Below, piece by piece: positions 41,772-51,971 of a stretch of DNA of 64,000 nucleotides (the first letter of the stretch is position 1; the number at the start of each line of letters is the position of its first letter). Origin of the DNA: a bacterium (lineage in GTDB: Bacteria > UBA8248); NCBI GenBank assembly GCA_965213625.1, contig CBDBZU010000004.1:1312001-1376000 (forward strand). The letters are read 5' to 3'. Made by a program: the position numbers and the translations under genes. The notes below the pieces were generated by a model. It saw nothing but the letters and a program-made list of their open reading frames with translations, ran no database searches and was not told the origin of the DNA.

Positions 41772-44063
41772 CGCAAGTCCATACGGTCAAGGACCATCAA
41801 CAGGGGCGGGAGGAGCAGGAGGTCCAGGAACAGCGCGAAGCCGAGCGTAAGCGCAACCAGGAGGCCGAGCATCCAACTGATCGCGAATCCCGACAAAGCG
41901 AACACCAGGAAGCCCAGCACCAGCATCATGGTCGTGGTGAACAGCGCAAAGCCTACCGAACGGAAGGAATAGCGCACCGCCTCGATCGATGAAAGACCCT
42001 CCTCGCGACGTCCCTTCAGATACTTGCTCATGAAATGAATCGTGTCGTCGACGACGGTGCCGAAGGCGATTGCGGTCACGAGGGACCCGGCGGGCCCCAC
42101 CTCGACGTACAGATAACCCCAGACGCCGAAGGCCATGGCCGCGGGGATGAGGTTGGGCACGAGGCTGACGAGGCCTAAGCGCAGGCTCTTGAAAATCCCG
42201 ATCAGGATCAGCGAAATGAGGATCATGCCCGTGAGCGTGCCCCATAACATGCTCAAGGTGTTCCGTAAGGCCAGGTGGGCGAAAATGAGGCTGTACCCCG
42301 ATGCTTCGCTCGCGAGTTTGGGCGCGTTGGCGCGGAGCCAGTCCTGCCCACGCGCTTCGAGCGCGCGCAGTTCCTCGGACTTCAGTCTTTTGACCGTCAC
42401 GGTCATGCGTGTTGCGGATTTGGCGATGTTGATGCGGTTGTTGAGGTCCATGCCAAAGGGAACCGAAAGCTCGTAGAGCAGCAGGTACTGCGCGGCGAGC
42501 CGGGAGTTTTCGGGCAGCCGGTGGAAGGCCGGCTTGTCGCCGTTCATGTTCTTGTTGAGGCGCTTCATGATGTCCGTAAATACCTGCACGTGCGCGACTT
42601 CCGGCTGGGCGCGGTACCACTTGGCGAATGCTTCGACTTTGCCCAGATACTTGGGATCGGTGATGCCGCCATCGCGCCCCGAGTTCAGGGAGTACTCCAG
42701 GGTTTCCACGCCGGTCAGGTTCTCGATGACGAAGTCCGTGTCGCGCCGGAATTCGTAACGCTCATCGAGGTGCTGCGTCCAGTTGTCCGTCAACTCGACG
42801 CGGGGCACGCCGGCCACGAGCGCGATCGCGACGGCGGCCACGGACCAGAGCAGGAGCGTGCGGCGCGCGACGACGAAGGCGCCGAGGCGATCGAAGAGGT
42901 TGGAACCCCCGGCGCGTACGGCAGGCGCGCGCAACGGCAGGACCGACATCAGCGCCGGCAGAAGCGTCATGGAATAGACGTAGGCGCAGAACATGCCGAA
43001 CGCCACCAGGTTGCCGAGGATCCGGAATGGCGGAGAATCCGAGGCGTTCATGCTGAGGAAGCCGATAATCGTCGTGGCCGTCGTCAGGAACACCGGCCAG
43101 GCATTGTCGCGCAGCGATTCGGCAATTGCCGCGTCCCTGTCCAGGCCACTCCTCATACTTGAAATGATCGACTCGACGACGTGGACCGAGTGCGCGATGG
43201 CGAGCGTCATGATGATGAGGGGAACGCCGGAATTGGCGGCGTTGAGCACCAGGCCTATCCAGCCGATGACGCCCATGGTCGAGATGACGGTGAAGATGAT
43301 CACGGCGATGAGAGACAGCGTGCCGAACAGAGAGCGCAGAAGGATGGCGGCGACGAAGACGATGACGAAGAATGCGGCGGGCGCGAGTATCCCCATATCG
43401 TCCTGGGCCGCTTCGGTTAGAACCTGGTTCACGAAGACGTTGCCGGTTACGTGATATTGGATATCGGGATGCTTCGCCCGGGCTTTGGCCAGGAGTCCGC
43501 GGATATGGTGGTAAATCCGGATTTCCGCGGCGTCCGAACGCTCGGGCAAGGCGAAACTGATGACCAGCCCGGCAACGCGTCCGTCGCGGGAGACGAGACG
43601 GTCCACGATGCTGCTCTCGCTTAACGCAATCTTCTTTATCCGCGCGATATCGTCGTCGCCGAGCGACCCCGCGTCGTCGACGAGGCGCTCGACGATCAAG
43701 TCGTCCTCTTCCGCCTCTGTGTGGTTATAGTTCGTAATCGAGTCGACCCGTGTGGCCCTGGGCACGCGCCAGGCGGCTTCGGTCAACTCCTCGACGGCGC
43801 CGAGCGCCTCCCGCGTGAACACCGACCCCCCCTTTGGGCGCGACGGCGATCACCGCCGCATTGGTCGCTGAATAGGTAGCCTCCATGGCGTCGAATGCCA
43901 CGAGTTGGGGGTTGCCCACGTCCAGCATGTCGCGCCAGTCGTTGGAGATGACGATTGTGCGGAGGCCGACTGCCAGAATCAGCATGACCGCTACGCTCGC
44001 CGCGAGGACCAGCCATCTGCGGCGCAGCATGAACGTGATGTAGCGGTTCAGAGTTGCGGACAT
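41768..44063 (-). pseudogene. MMPL/RND-family transporter, copy 1, +1 frameshift in a G7 run
   Basis: N-terminal ORF 43725-44063 and main ORF 41768-43822 join if the G7 run (C7 at 43826-43832) is G6, giving APKGGSVFTREAL as in the paralogs; GTVVDDTIHF. Confidence 0.85.
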
Positions 44064-44318
44064 CTTTGCCTCTCTGTTCAGCGGCTCTTAGCCGCGGGAA
44101 ACCCGCCGGTTCCATGGGCGGTTGTTTACTTGATACGAATCCCGATCACCGCAATGCGAGTTGCGCGGTGAAAGTCCATGACGCTCGGGCCGCCACAACA
44201 GTGAGCCAAGTGGGGCCATTATGGCCAAGCGGAACGATGGGTTCAAGTTTTTTTTGTTTTGTATCGAGCATCTGGGAGACCCGTAAATCTGCCGCGTCCT
44301 TGGCGTCTTAAAAAAAAC

Positions 44319-44350
44319 TTGACAAAGGAAAGAGCGTCTTTGAGTATAGC
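44319..44350 (+). promoter_or_regulatory. Putative sigma70 promoter facing the OMP-Rieske-SMT genes
   Basis: A-tract, then TTGACA-17 nt-GAGTAT(AGC). Confidence 0.35.
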
Positions 44351-44408
44351 AGAACGGGTTCCTTGAGGCGGGTTGGCCCCATTTCGAACAACACGGTCGG
44401 GCCTGTAA

Positions 44409-45928
44409 GGGTCTGTTGAAAAACCCGGTGTTGGAAGCGGGCGTTTTGGCGGCTCACGCGGCGGCGGGGAGGCAGCCCAATCGGCGCGTGAGGGCGCCAT
44501 GTGCGCGCAGCCGGCGTCTCCGGGCGGCACAGGCCGTCCACAAGGCGAATATACGCGCCGCAAAAGCGGCGGCCAGCCGCTTGAGGTTCACCGCTATCGC
44601 CGTCAGGTAGGACTGGATCCGCATGTTCGCAAGGCCCCGGCGCACCGCCCGCCCCAGTCCGTGCCGGCTCTTCGCCTCGCCGTGGTAGCCCTCCGAGCGC
44701 CAACGGTGGCGGCCATAGAGACGCTTCTCCTCCTCCCCCCAGCGCGCATGCCGCCGACGCGCGCGCAACAGCGCCGGATACGCGTGCGGAATCAACACCG
44801 TCCTGCTCGTGCGCGACTTCGACAGACAATCGGGCCTGAGCGCGCAGCCCGCGCAATCCCGCGTCTTCGATACATAGGAGCGCCCCCGCTCCGTCGCCTG
44901 CCGGGGGCGCAGCGTCTTGCCTCCCGGACACTTCACCACCTCGTTGCGCGCGTCGTAGTGGAACAACTGCAGCGGAACACGGCTCTGGCTGGGTTCCTTC
45001 TTCGCTGGTATCAGCGCTTCCACGCCCCGCCGCTCCAATTCGCCGTAAACCTTCGAGTACGCGTACCCCGAATCCGCCGTCACCATCTCCGGCGTGCGGC
45101 CCGACAACTCGCTTACCGCCTCTATATGGGACGCCATCATCTCACGCTCGTTCCGCGTCCCCTCCGTCACTGACACGTCGAGAACAACACCCCGCTCATC
45201 GTCCACCGCCGCGTGCTGCTTGTAGCTCGGCTCGAACCCCGCCCGCGCGCTCTTGCGCGCAAGCCGCGCGTCCGGGTCCGTCCGGCTCACCGGACCCCCG
45301 CCACCGCGGCCTCCTCCCTTCTTCCCGACCTCATCATCGACGGGATTCTCCTGAATCACCTTCTCCGCGTGGTGCGCCGCCAGGCTCTCCCAGCTCACGT
45401 CCGCGCGTATCAACGAGGCGTCCACGTGCACCACTTCCCCCTTCGCCACATTCGCCTCCAGGCAAGCCTGCACCGTGCGACGGAATATCTCCTTGAACCG
45501 TGCCTCCCCCCAGCGCTGACGTATCCGCGTCAGGCTCGAATGATGCGGCAACTCCTCGTGCAGCCCGTACCCGATGAACCACCGGATCGCCAGGTGCGCA
45601 CGCGCCTCGCGAAGCAGGCGACGGTCGTGAACGTAGCCCAGCAACATACCCGCCAGCATCAAGCGGAGCGCCACCTCCGGGTCGATCCCCGGACGACCGT
45701 TATCCGCGCAATAGCAATCCGCCACCTCCTCCCGTAGCCAGCTCAAATCCAGTACGTGGTCCACGCGCATCAGGACGTGATCCTCGGGGATCAGCCGTTC
45801 CAGCGAACCGGCCACGAACAAATCCATCTGCTCGCGCCTCTTGCTGCCTATCATCGAGGGAACTCCCATCTCGGGCGAGATAGTGTCATTACACCCAATC
45901 ACAATGCCGGGGCTTTTTCAACAGCCCC
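44409..45928 (-). mobile_element. IS1182-family insertion sequence, 1520 bp
   Basis: Inverted ends GGGTCTGTTGAAAAACCCGG / CCGGGGCTTTTTCAACAGCCCC; 5-bp direct repeat TGTAA at 44404-44408 and 45929-45933. Confidence 0.9.
44454..45854 (-). CDS. IS1182-family DDE transposase
   Basis: LIPEDHVL..GRPGIDP..PHHSSLTRIRQR, VDAS, TDPDAR, ADSGY, RWRSEGYHGEAK. Confidence 0.92.
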   Translation of the reverse strand: MIGSKRREQMDLFVAGSLERLIPEDHVLMRVDHVLDLSWLREEVADCYCADNGRPGIDPEVALRLMLAGMLLGYVHDRRLLREARAHLAIRWFIGYGLHEELPHHSSLTRIRQRWGEARFKEIFRRTVQACLEANVAKGEVVHVDASLIRADVSWESLAAHHAEKVIQENPVDDEVGKKGGGRGGGGPVSRTDPDARLARKSARAGFEPSYKQHAAVDDERGVVLDVSVTEGTRNEREMMASHIEAVSELSGRTPEMVTADSGYAYSKVYGELERRGVEALIPAKKEPSQSRVPLQLFHYDARNEVVKCPGGKTLRPRQATERGRSYVSKTRDCAGCALRPDCLSKSRTSRTVLIPHAYPALLRARRRHARWGEEEKRLYGRHRWRSEGYHGEAKSRHGLGRAVRRGLANMRIQSYLTAIAVNLKRLAAAFAARIFALWTACAARRRRLRAHGALTRRLGCLPAAA

Positions 45929-46046
45929 TGTAAGGCTGGCTTACGACTGCTTTGATGATGTTCGAGGCGGGGAAGTCACAGAATCGCATCGTTCTTTGAG
46001 CGATTACATAGATATATTCGAGTCGACCTGAAAACGAGGAGCCGTC

Positions 46047-46970
46047 ATGAGACTGATTTCACACCGTAATAACACTTGTAATCGAATAGTCGTCGTGGCG
46101 GCCGCCCTTGCCGTCTTCCTTCTGGCGGCGTTCGCACCCGATGCGCGCGCCGCAGATTCGGGCGCGGATTCGAGATGGTACTTCGGCTTGAACGTGCCCG
46201 TCATGTTCATCGACGACTCGGACAGCGTCGAGACCGGGGAAGCCGTAAGGGCAGGGGCCCCCCTGCCAGTCCCGTACAGGGCGAACGCCGTCACGGAATA
46301 CGCTACGGGGTTCCGGGTCAGCGGCGTGGTGGGCCGTGAATTCGCCTCGGGCCTGCGCATCGACGGCGAACTGTTCTTCGCCAAGGCCGAGGTCGACAAG
46401 CTGATCTACAAAGGACGGACGACGACCGTTCCGGTACTAGGCACTATAGATGTACCGGGCGACCATTCCATCCCCGTGTCCGGCTCGGCGACCCAGGTGG
46501 GCGCCATGGTGAACCTCTGGTACGACTTCAATCCCGGCTCCAAATGGAGGCCCTACGTCGGCGGCGGCTTCGGCTTCGTCCGGGTCGACTGGGGCAACGT
46601 GAAGTATAACCGCAACGAGGTCGCGCAAGGGGCCGCGAACCAGCTTGCGCTCATCGGCGCATGCGCGCGGCTGATGCAGCCACCGGGCTGCGCTCTGCCT
46701 CCTCAGGTCGAACAAGGGGTAATCAGCCAGGCCACCCTGCCTCCGGGGACCGTGCCCGAGCTTTCCGAAACCGATACGGTGGCCGCCTTTCAATTCGGCG
46801 CGGGAGTGGGCTACCAGTATTCCGACGCCCTCACCATCCAGTTGGGCTACCGCATGCTGAAAGCCGGCGACCTGGAGTTCAGCGGCGGCAGCGCCATGGG
46901 TTCAAATGCCACGGCGACGACCGAAATGCTGGTTCATCTCTTCGAGATAGGTTTGCGCTATCGGTTCTAG
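46047..46970 (+). CDS. Outer-membrane beta-barrel (OmpA/Opa/Msp-like surface antigen family)
   Basis: Signal peptide, GLRIDGEL, MVNLWYDF..PYVGGGFG, FQFGAGVGY, terminal IGLRYRF. Confidence 0.8.
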   Translation: MRLISHRNNTCNRIVVVAAALAVFLLAAFAPDARAADSGADSRWYFGLNVPVMFIDDSDSVETGEAVRAGAPLPVPYRANAVTEYATGFRVSGVVGREFASGLRIDGELFFAKAEVDKLIYKGRTTTVPVLGTIDVPGDHSIPVSGSATQVGAMVNLWYDFNPGSKWRPYVGGGFGFVRVDWGNVKYNRNEVAQGAANQLALIGACARLMQPPGCALPPQVEQGVISQATLPPGTVPELSETDTVAAFQFGAGVGYQYSDALTIQLGYRMLKAGDLEFSGGSAMGSNATATTEMLVHLFEIGLRYRF

Positions 46971-47102
46971 GCGCCGTGTGGACCCTGAGCGTCCCTCCGG
47001 GACGAGGAACGGGGTTGGGCGCACCTCATGCGGTTGCCGGCCGGGCATGAGGCCGGCCGTACCCGCAGACGAAGCCGCGGCCGTTGAACCAGGAAATGGC
47101 GG

Positions 47103-48140
47103 ATGCCGATGAAAACCGGCCAACAAGAGATCAAGGAACCACGCGCGCTTTATCCGTTTCCGGAAGGCTGGTACTTCGTCGCCACCCGAAAGACGATAGA
47201 AAAGAAGAAGCTGATCCAGAGAACCAGGATGGGCGAGCGAATCGTCGTCTGGTGCGACGATGAGGGGCGCATCTGCGTGGCCGAGGACCTCTGCCCGCAC
47301 CTGGGCTCCGAACTCGGTCCCGAGGTCGGCGGTATGGTGCGAAACGGCTGCCTCGTCTGTCCCTTTCACGGGTTCGAATACGACGCCACCGGGCAATGCG
47401 TCAAGACGCCCTACGCGCCCGCGCCCCGGACCGCCAGGCTGAACGTGTTCGAGACGCGCGAGATTCTGGGCCTCGTATTCGCTTGGTGGGGGGTGGGCGG
47501 ACGTCCGCCGCAATGGCGCCTGCCGGAGGAGCCGGGTGGTGACGACTGGAGCGACCTCGAAACCTGGAGCGTCAGGTTCACGGGGCATCCCCAGGAGACT
47601 ACCGAGAACTCCGTCGACGACGGACACCTGCGCTACGTGCACGGCTTCGGCAGCGTGAACCGGGTCGGAACCATCGAGGTGGACGGCTCCTACCTCAAGA
47701 GTTGCTTCGACTTCACGCCAAGCCAGACTTTCGCCGGGATCAATATATACACATACGACGTTTCCACGATCACCCACGTGCACGGGCTGGGCTATTCGTT
47801 CGTCGAGGTCCAGGAGCACGGCATCGGCATGGAAACGCGCCTGTGGGTGCTTGCGACGCCGGTCGACGGCGACCTGCTCGAAATGGTGCTGGTCAGCCAG
47901 GTGAAGCGAATGCGCAAGCCGAAGCGTGCGATCATCGGCATGCGTTTCCTGCCCGTCGGCCTGCGCACCTGGCTCATGAACAAGATCATCATATCGGCCC
48001 AGAAACGCGACGTGTTGTCGGACGTCGTCATATGGGACCGGAAACAGTATATTCCCCGCCCCCGCCTGTGCAGCTCGGACGGGGAGATTGGAACCTTCCG
48101 GCGCTATTGCGAGCAATTCTATCCGGAGCATACGGATTGA
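47103..48140 (+). CDS. Rieske non-heme iron oxygenase, KshA/Neverland (steroid-acting) type
   Basis: CPHLG...CPFHG Rieske motif; ENSVDDGHLRYVH; C-terminal DVVIWDRKQY..PRLCSSDGEIGTFRRYCEQFY. Confidence 0.85.
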   Translation: MPMKTGQQEIKEPRALYPFPEGWYFVATRKTIEKKKLIQRTRMGERIVVWCDDEGRICVAEDLCPHLGSELGPEVGGMVRNGCLVCPFHGFEYDATGQCVKTPYAPAPRTARLNVFETREILGLVFAWWGVGGRPPQWRLPEEPGGDDWSDLETWSVRFTGHPQETTENSVDDGHLRYVHGFGSVNRVGTIEVDGSYLKSCFDFTPSQTFAGINIYTYDVSTITHVHGLGYSFVEVQEHGIGMETRLWVLATPVDGDLLEMVLVSQVKRMRKPKRAIIGMRFLPVGLRTWLMNKIIISAQKRDVLSDVVIWDRKQYIPRPRLCSSDGEIGTFRRYCEQFYPEHTD

Positions 48141-48231
48141 GTCCGGAAGAGCGAGGCCGCCGGGTGAGACGTCCACGCCATCGCCCGCGCGGGTTTCGCC
48201 GCAGACGAAGAGGGAAGGGATACGCCACGCC

Positions 48232-49266
48232 ATGGATATAGGCAAGCTATCGAAAGAACTCAAGGATGCCTACCAGGAGGGGAACGTCACCCGTCGCGTG
48301 CAGGAATTCGAGGACTGGATCGACCGGGCGACGGCGGAGACCGACGGCGCGAGCGGGTACGACCACACCGAAACGGTGAAGGCCTACTACGACCTCTGCA
48401 GCGGTTTCATGGTGTGGGGTTGGGGCGAATCCCTGCACTTCGCGCCCCTCACGCCGCATGAGAGCCTGGAGGACTCCAAAGTCCGGCATCAGCGGTGGAT
48501 GATCGACAAGCTGGAACTGGAAGAGGGCATGACGGTGGTCGACGTCGGTTGCGGCATCGGCGGCCCGATGCGCCGCGTCGTCCGTGAGGCCGGCGTGCGG
48601 GTCGTCGGGATCAACATCAACAAAATCCAGTTGGAAAGGGCGAAGAGGCTGAACGCCGAGGCGGGGCTGGACAACATGATCGATTTCGAGGCGTGCAGCT
48701 TCATGGATATGAGCGCCATCGAGAACGAAACGTTCGACCGGGGCTACGCCATCGAGTCGACGTGCCATGCGCCGGACAAGCAACGCGCGTTCGCGGAGAT
48801 ATACCGCGTGCTGAAACCCGGCGCCCTGTTCTGGGGTCAGGAGATGTGCCTGACGGACAAGTACGACCCGAACGACAGCCGGCATCAGGCCATCAAGCGC
48901 GAACTCATGCGCGGCATCGCGCTGAAAGACGTCGCGACGTTCGGGGAAGTGAACCAGGCGCTCGAAGCGGCGGGATTCCACGTCATCGAGGGAATGGACC
49001 GGGACGTCCAGGAGGGACCGTCCACGCCATGGTATCAACCCATGGAGAGCCGGCACGGGACGTTGGGCAACGCCTTGCGCAGGCTACCGCAGGGCCGCAA
49101 AGCGTTCCTCGCGGGATCGAAGCTGGCCGAGGTGGTTCGGCTGTTTCCAAAAGGCTCCGCGGAAGTCGTCCGGCTCCTGGACCGGACGGCGGACGCCTAT
49201 GTCGCGGGCGGCAAATCGGGTATCTTCACGCCGCTGTACTGTTTCCTGGCGCGCAAACCCCTTTAG
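48232..49266 (+). CDS. Sterol methyltransferase-like, divergent copy C
   Basis: YYDLCSGFMVWGWGESLHFAP, DVGCGIGGP, YAIESTCHAP, LKPG, GIFTPLYCFLARKP. Confidence 0.85.
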   Translation: MDIGKLSKELKDAYQEGNVTRRVQEFEDWIDRATAETDGASGYDHTETVKAYYDLCSGFMVWGWGESLHFAPLTPHESLEDSKVRHQRWMIDKLELEEGMTVVDVGCGIGGPMRRVVREAGVRVVGININKIQLERAKRLNAEAGLDNMIDFEACSFMDMSAIENETFDRGYAIESTCHAPDKQRAFAEIYRVLKPGALFWGQEMCLTDKYDPNDSRHQAIKRELMRGIALKDVATFGEVNQALEAAGFHVIEGMDRDVQEGPSTPWYQPMESRHGTLGNALRRLPQGRKAFLAGSKLAEVVRLFPKGSAEVVRLLDRTADAYVAGGKSGIFTPLYCFLARKPL

Positions 49267-49630
49267 CCCCGACTAGCGCCGCGCCCGCCGCTCCACGCTG
49301 GCGGCTACTCAGGGTGAGGTCGATTAAGTAGCCAAAAATGACGAGGGGTACGCGCTCGCTACCAGAACCGGGTTTTTCAACAACCCCTTGCCAGGGGGGC
49401 TTATTCACCATCCCCAAGGAGGGGGGGATTGCGCGCCCCTCCCCTGAAAGCGCACGTCGAGAATCGATCCCGCCCGTTCGGGAAAGGCTGGTTCCGACCA
49501 GACGATAAGATGAGATGCCCGGTAACGCCGACCCCTCGATTTCGTGGACAAACGATGCACGAGCATGTAGATTGACGGCTCTTTCAACGACTTTACTCTT
49601 TCGCGGTTCTCTTATCATTTGGAGTATGCC

Positions 49631-51931
49631 ATGGCGGAAGCCAAAGACATGGGCGGCGCCGTAGTCGGCGGTTCTCTACCCTTTCTGGACGACCCCGAAA
49701 AGGCGGCGGGCGCCGCGGATTATCTCGACGACCTCCAGCTTCCGGGGATGCTGGTCGGCAAGGCGCTTCGCAGCGAACACGCGCACGCCGAGATAGTATC
49801 GGTCGATGCGAGCGAGGCGCTGCGCGTTCCGGGCGTCGTCTCCGTTCTCACGGGAGAGGACCTGCCGAACCATCCCTGCATCACCGCCCATAATAGGGCC
49901 ATGCCCATCATCGCCCGCGACAGGGTGCGCTACATGGGCGAGGTGGTCGCCCTCGTCGCGGCGGAAACGCTCGAGGCGGCCGAGGCGGCGACGCGGCTCA
50001 TCGAGGTCGAATACCGGCCCCTGCCCGTCATCTCCTGTCCGCGCGAGGCGATGAAAGAAGACGTAGAAATCATTTTCCCCGGCGGGAACGTGCTCAACCA
50101 GGCCAAGATACGAAAAGGGGACGTCGAGGAGGGCTTCGAGCAGGCCGACGTGATCATCGAGAACGAATACTCCACACCCTCCATCGATCACCTATATCTC
50201 GAAGTGGAGGCGGCTTGCGCGAGTCCGAACCCCGGCGGCGGAATACAAATCTGGGGCTCGACCCAGCAGCCCTTTCTGGTGAGACAGAATGTCGCCCGCA
50301 TACTGGGCCTCAAGGGCGAGAGTTCGGTTCGTTTCGTCCAGACGACCACCGGCGGAGCTTTCGGCGGAAAGAGTGAAGCGAGTCTCGACGTGTGCCTGCG
50401 CGTAGCAGTCCTTGCCCGCGCCGCCGGCAGGCCCGTAAAGCTCGTGTATTCGCGCGAGGAAAGCATGATTGCCTCAACCAAGCGCCACGCCTCTTTCATC
50501 CGCTCCAAAACCGGGGCGACGAAGGACGGACGCCTGGTGGCCGTCGAGGTGGAAGTATGGCTGGACAAGGGGGCGTATGTGGCAAACGGGGGAGACAACC
50601 CGCCCGCCTTCAAGCGCGCAACCTACCATGCCGCAGGTCCCTACCAGGCGCCCAACGTGAAGGTGGACGTTCATTGCGTGCACACGAATCACCCCTACGG
50701 GGGACAGATGCGCGGGCCGGGATGTCCCCAGGTTCACTTCGCGGGCGAGCAGCAGATGGACGAACTCGCCAGTGTATTGGGAATGGACCCCATCGAGATC
50801 AGGCGTTTGAACGGGTTGCGGGTTGGTACCCGGACGGCCTGGAACCAGCACCTGCCCGAGAGCGTGGGATTTCTCGATACGCTGAAGGAAGTGGAGCAGG
50901 CCTCATCCTGGGGTAGTGCGGGCAATGGGGACCGAAGGGCCGAGGATGGCCGCTTGCGCGGGCGCGGCGTGGCGAGTTGTCTCTACGGGACGGGCAACGC
51001 CTACTCCCCGGCCGAGGCGCACGTCTTCCTCACGGCAGAAGGAAAGGTGCAGGTGGCCGCCGGGGTCGTGGATTTCGGCCAGGGCAGTAAGACGGTGCTT
51101 TGCCAGATCGCCGCCGAAACGCTGGACGTTCCCTATTCGGAGTTCCTGATGGATAGCGTGGATACCGCCATCGACCCGTTCGGCGGCACGAGTTCGAGTT
51201 CGCGCATCACCATGCAGGGCGGCAAGGCGGTCTACAACGCTTCACTCAAGGCGCGGGACGAGTTGCTGCGTTTGGGCGGGATTCTGTTGGAGGCGGACCC
51301 CGAAGACTTGGAATTGCGCGGCGGCGTGGTTCGCTCGCGGTCGCATGAGGAAACGAGTATTACGCTTGCCGAGATAGCTGGAGCTTTCGTCGCCGATGAA
51401 CTCAAGCAGATCGGCGCTGCGGACAGCATTCCGCCGCCCGCCAAGACCGACAAGGAAACCGGCTTGGGCGAGCCGTATGAAATTTACGGGTTCGGCAGCC
51501 AGGTGGCCGAAGTGTTGGTGGACGAAGAGACGGGCGAGGTGGAGGTCACCGGCGTCTGGGCCGCGCACGACGTGGGCCGGGCCATCAGCCCAATGGGCGT
51601 GGAGCAGCAGATCGAGGGTGGCGTCTACATGGGCATCGGTTTTTGCATGATGGAGGAAGTCGTTCAGAGCGAGGGCATGATGCAGAACCCCGACATGCAC
51701 GGCTATCTCGCGCCCACGGTGGAGGACGTACCGGACCGGGTGGCGTCCCTCATCGTGGAGGATGCATATTCGAACGGCCCTTACGGGGCCAAGGGAGTCG
51801 GGGAGCAAGTGACCGTTCCCACGGCGGCGGCCATCGCCAACGCGGTTTATAACGCCACGGGCGTACGGTTCCACGACCTGCCCCTGACGCCGGACAGGGT
51901 CGCCATGGCGCTTTTGAAGAAGAGGTCATGA
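49631..51931 (+). CDS. Xanthine dehydrogenase-family molybdopterin-binding large subunit
   Basis: DRVRYMGEVVALV, GGAFGGK, GQMRGPG, DFGQGSKT, QIEGG, GAKGVGE. Confidence 0.92.
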   Translation: MAEAKDMGGAVVGGSLPFLDDPEKAAGAADYLDDLQLPGMLVGKALRSEHAHAEIVSVDASEALRVPGVVSVLTGEDLPNHPCITAHNRAMPIIARDRVRYMGEVVALVAAETLEAAEAATRLIEVEYRPLPVISCPREAMKEDVEIIFPGGNVLNQAKIRKGDVEEGFEQADVIIENEYSTPSIDHLYLEVEAACASPNPGGGIQIWGSTQQPFLVRQNVARILGLKGESSVRFVQTTTGGAFGGKSEASLDVCLRVAVLARAAGRPVKLVYSREESMIASTKRHASFIRSKTGATKDGRLVAVEVEVWLDKGAYVANGGDNPPAFKRATYHAAGPYQAPNVKVDVHCVHTNHPYGGQMRGPGCPQVHFAGEQQMDELASVLGMDPIEIRRLNGLRVGTRTAWNQHLPESVGFLDTLKEVEQASSWGSAGNGDRRAEDGRLRGRGVASCLYGTGNAYSPAEAHVFLTAEGKVQVAAGVVDFGQGSKTVLCQIAAETLDVPYSEFLMDSVDTAIDPFGGTSSSSRITMQGGKAVYNASLKARDELLRLGGILLEADPEDLELRGGVVRSRSHEETSITLAEIAGAFVADELKQIGAADSIPPPAKTDKETGLGEPYEIYGFGSQVAEVLVDEETGEVEVTGVWAAHDVGRAISPMGVEQQIEGGVYMGIGFCMMEEVVQSEGMMQNPDMHGYLAPTVEDVPDRVASLIVEDAYSNGPYGAKGVGEQVTVPTAAAIANAVYNATGVRFHDLPLTPDRVAMALLKKRS

Positions 51932-51971
51932 TTCTTCGCTCCAAAACTACTCCCTCAAGCCTGGTTTTTTC

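Noticed and set aside
39668-49266. Methyltransferases as cyclopropane fatty acid synthases or UbiE/tocopherol methylases
   Set aside because: They carry SMT-specific GWGxSxHF, (I/V)E(A/S)TCxAP and C-terminal GIF(T/S)P motifs rather than CFA or UbiE signatures.
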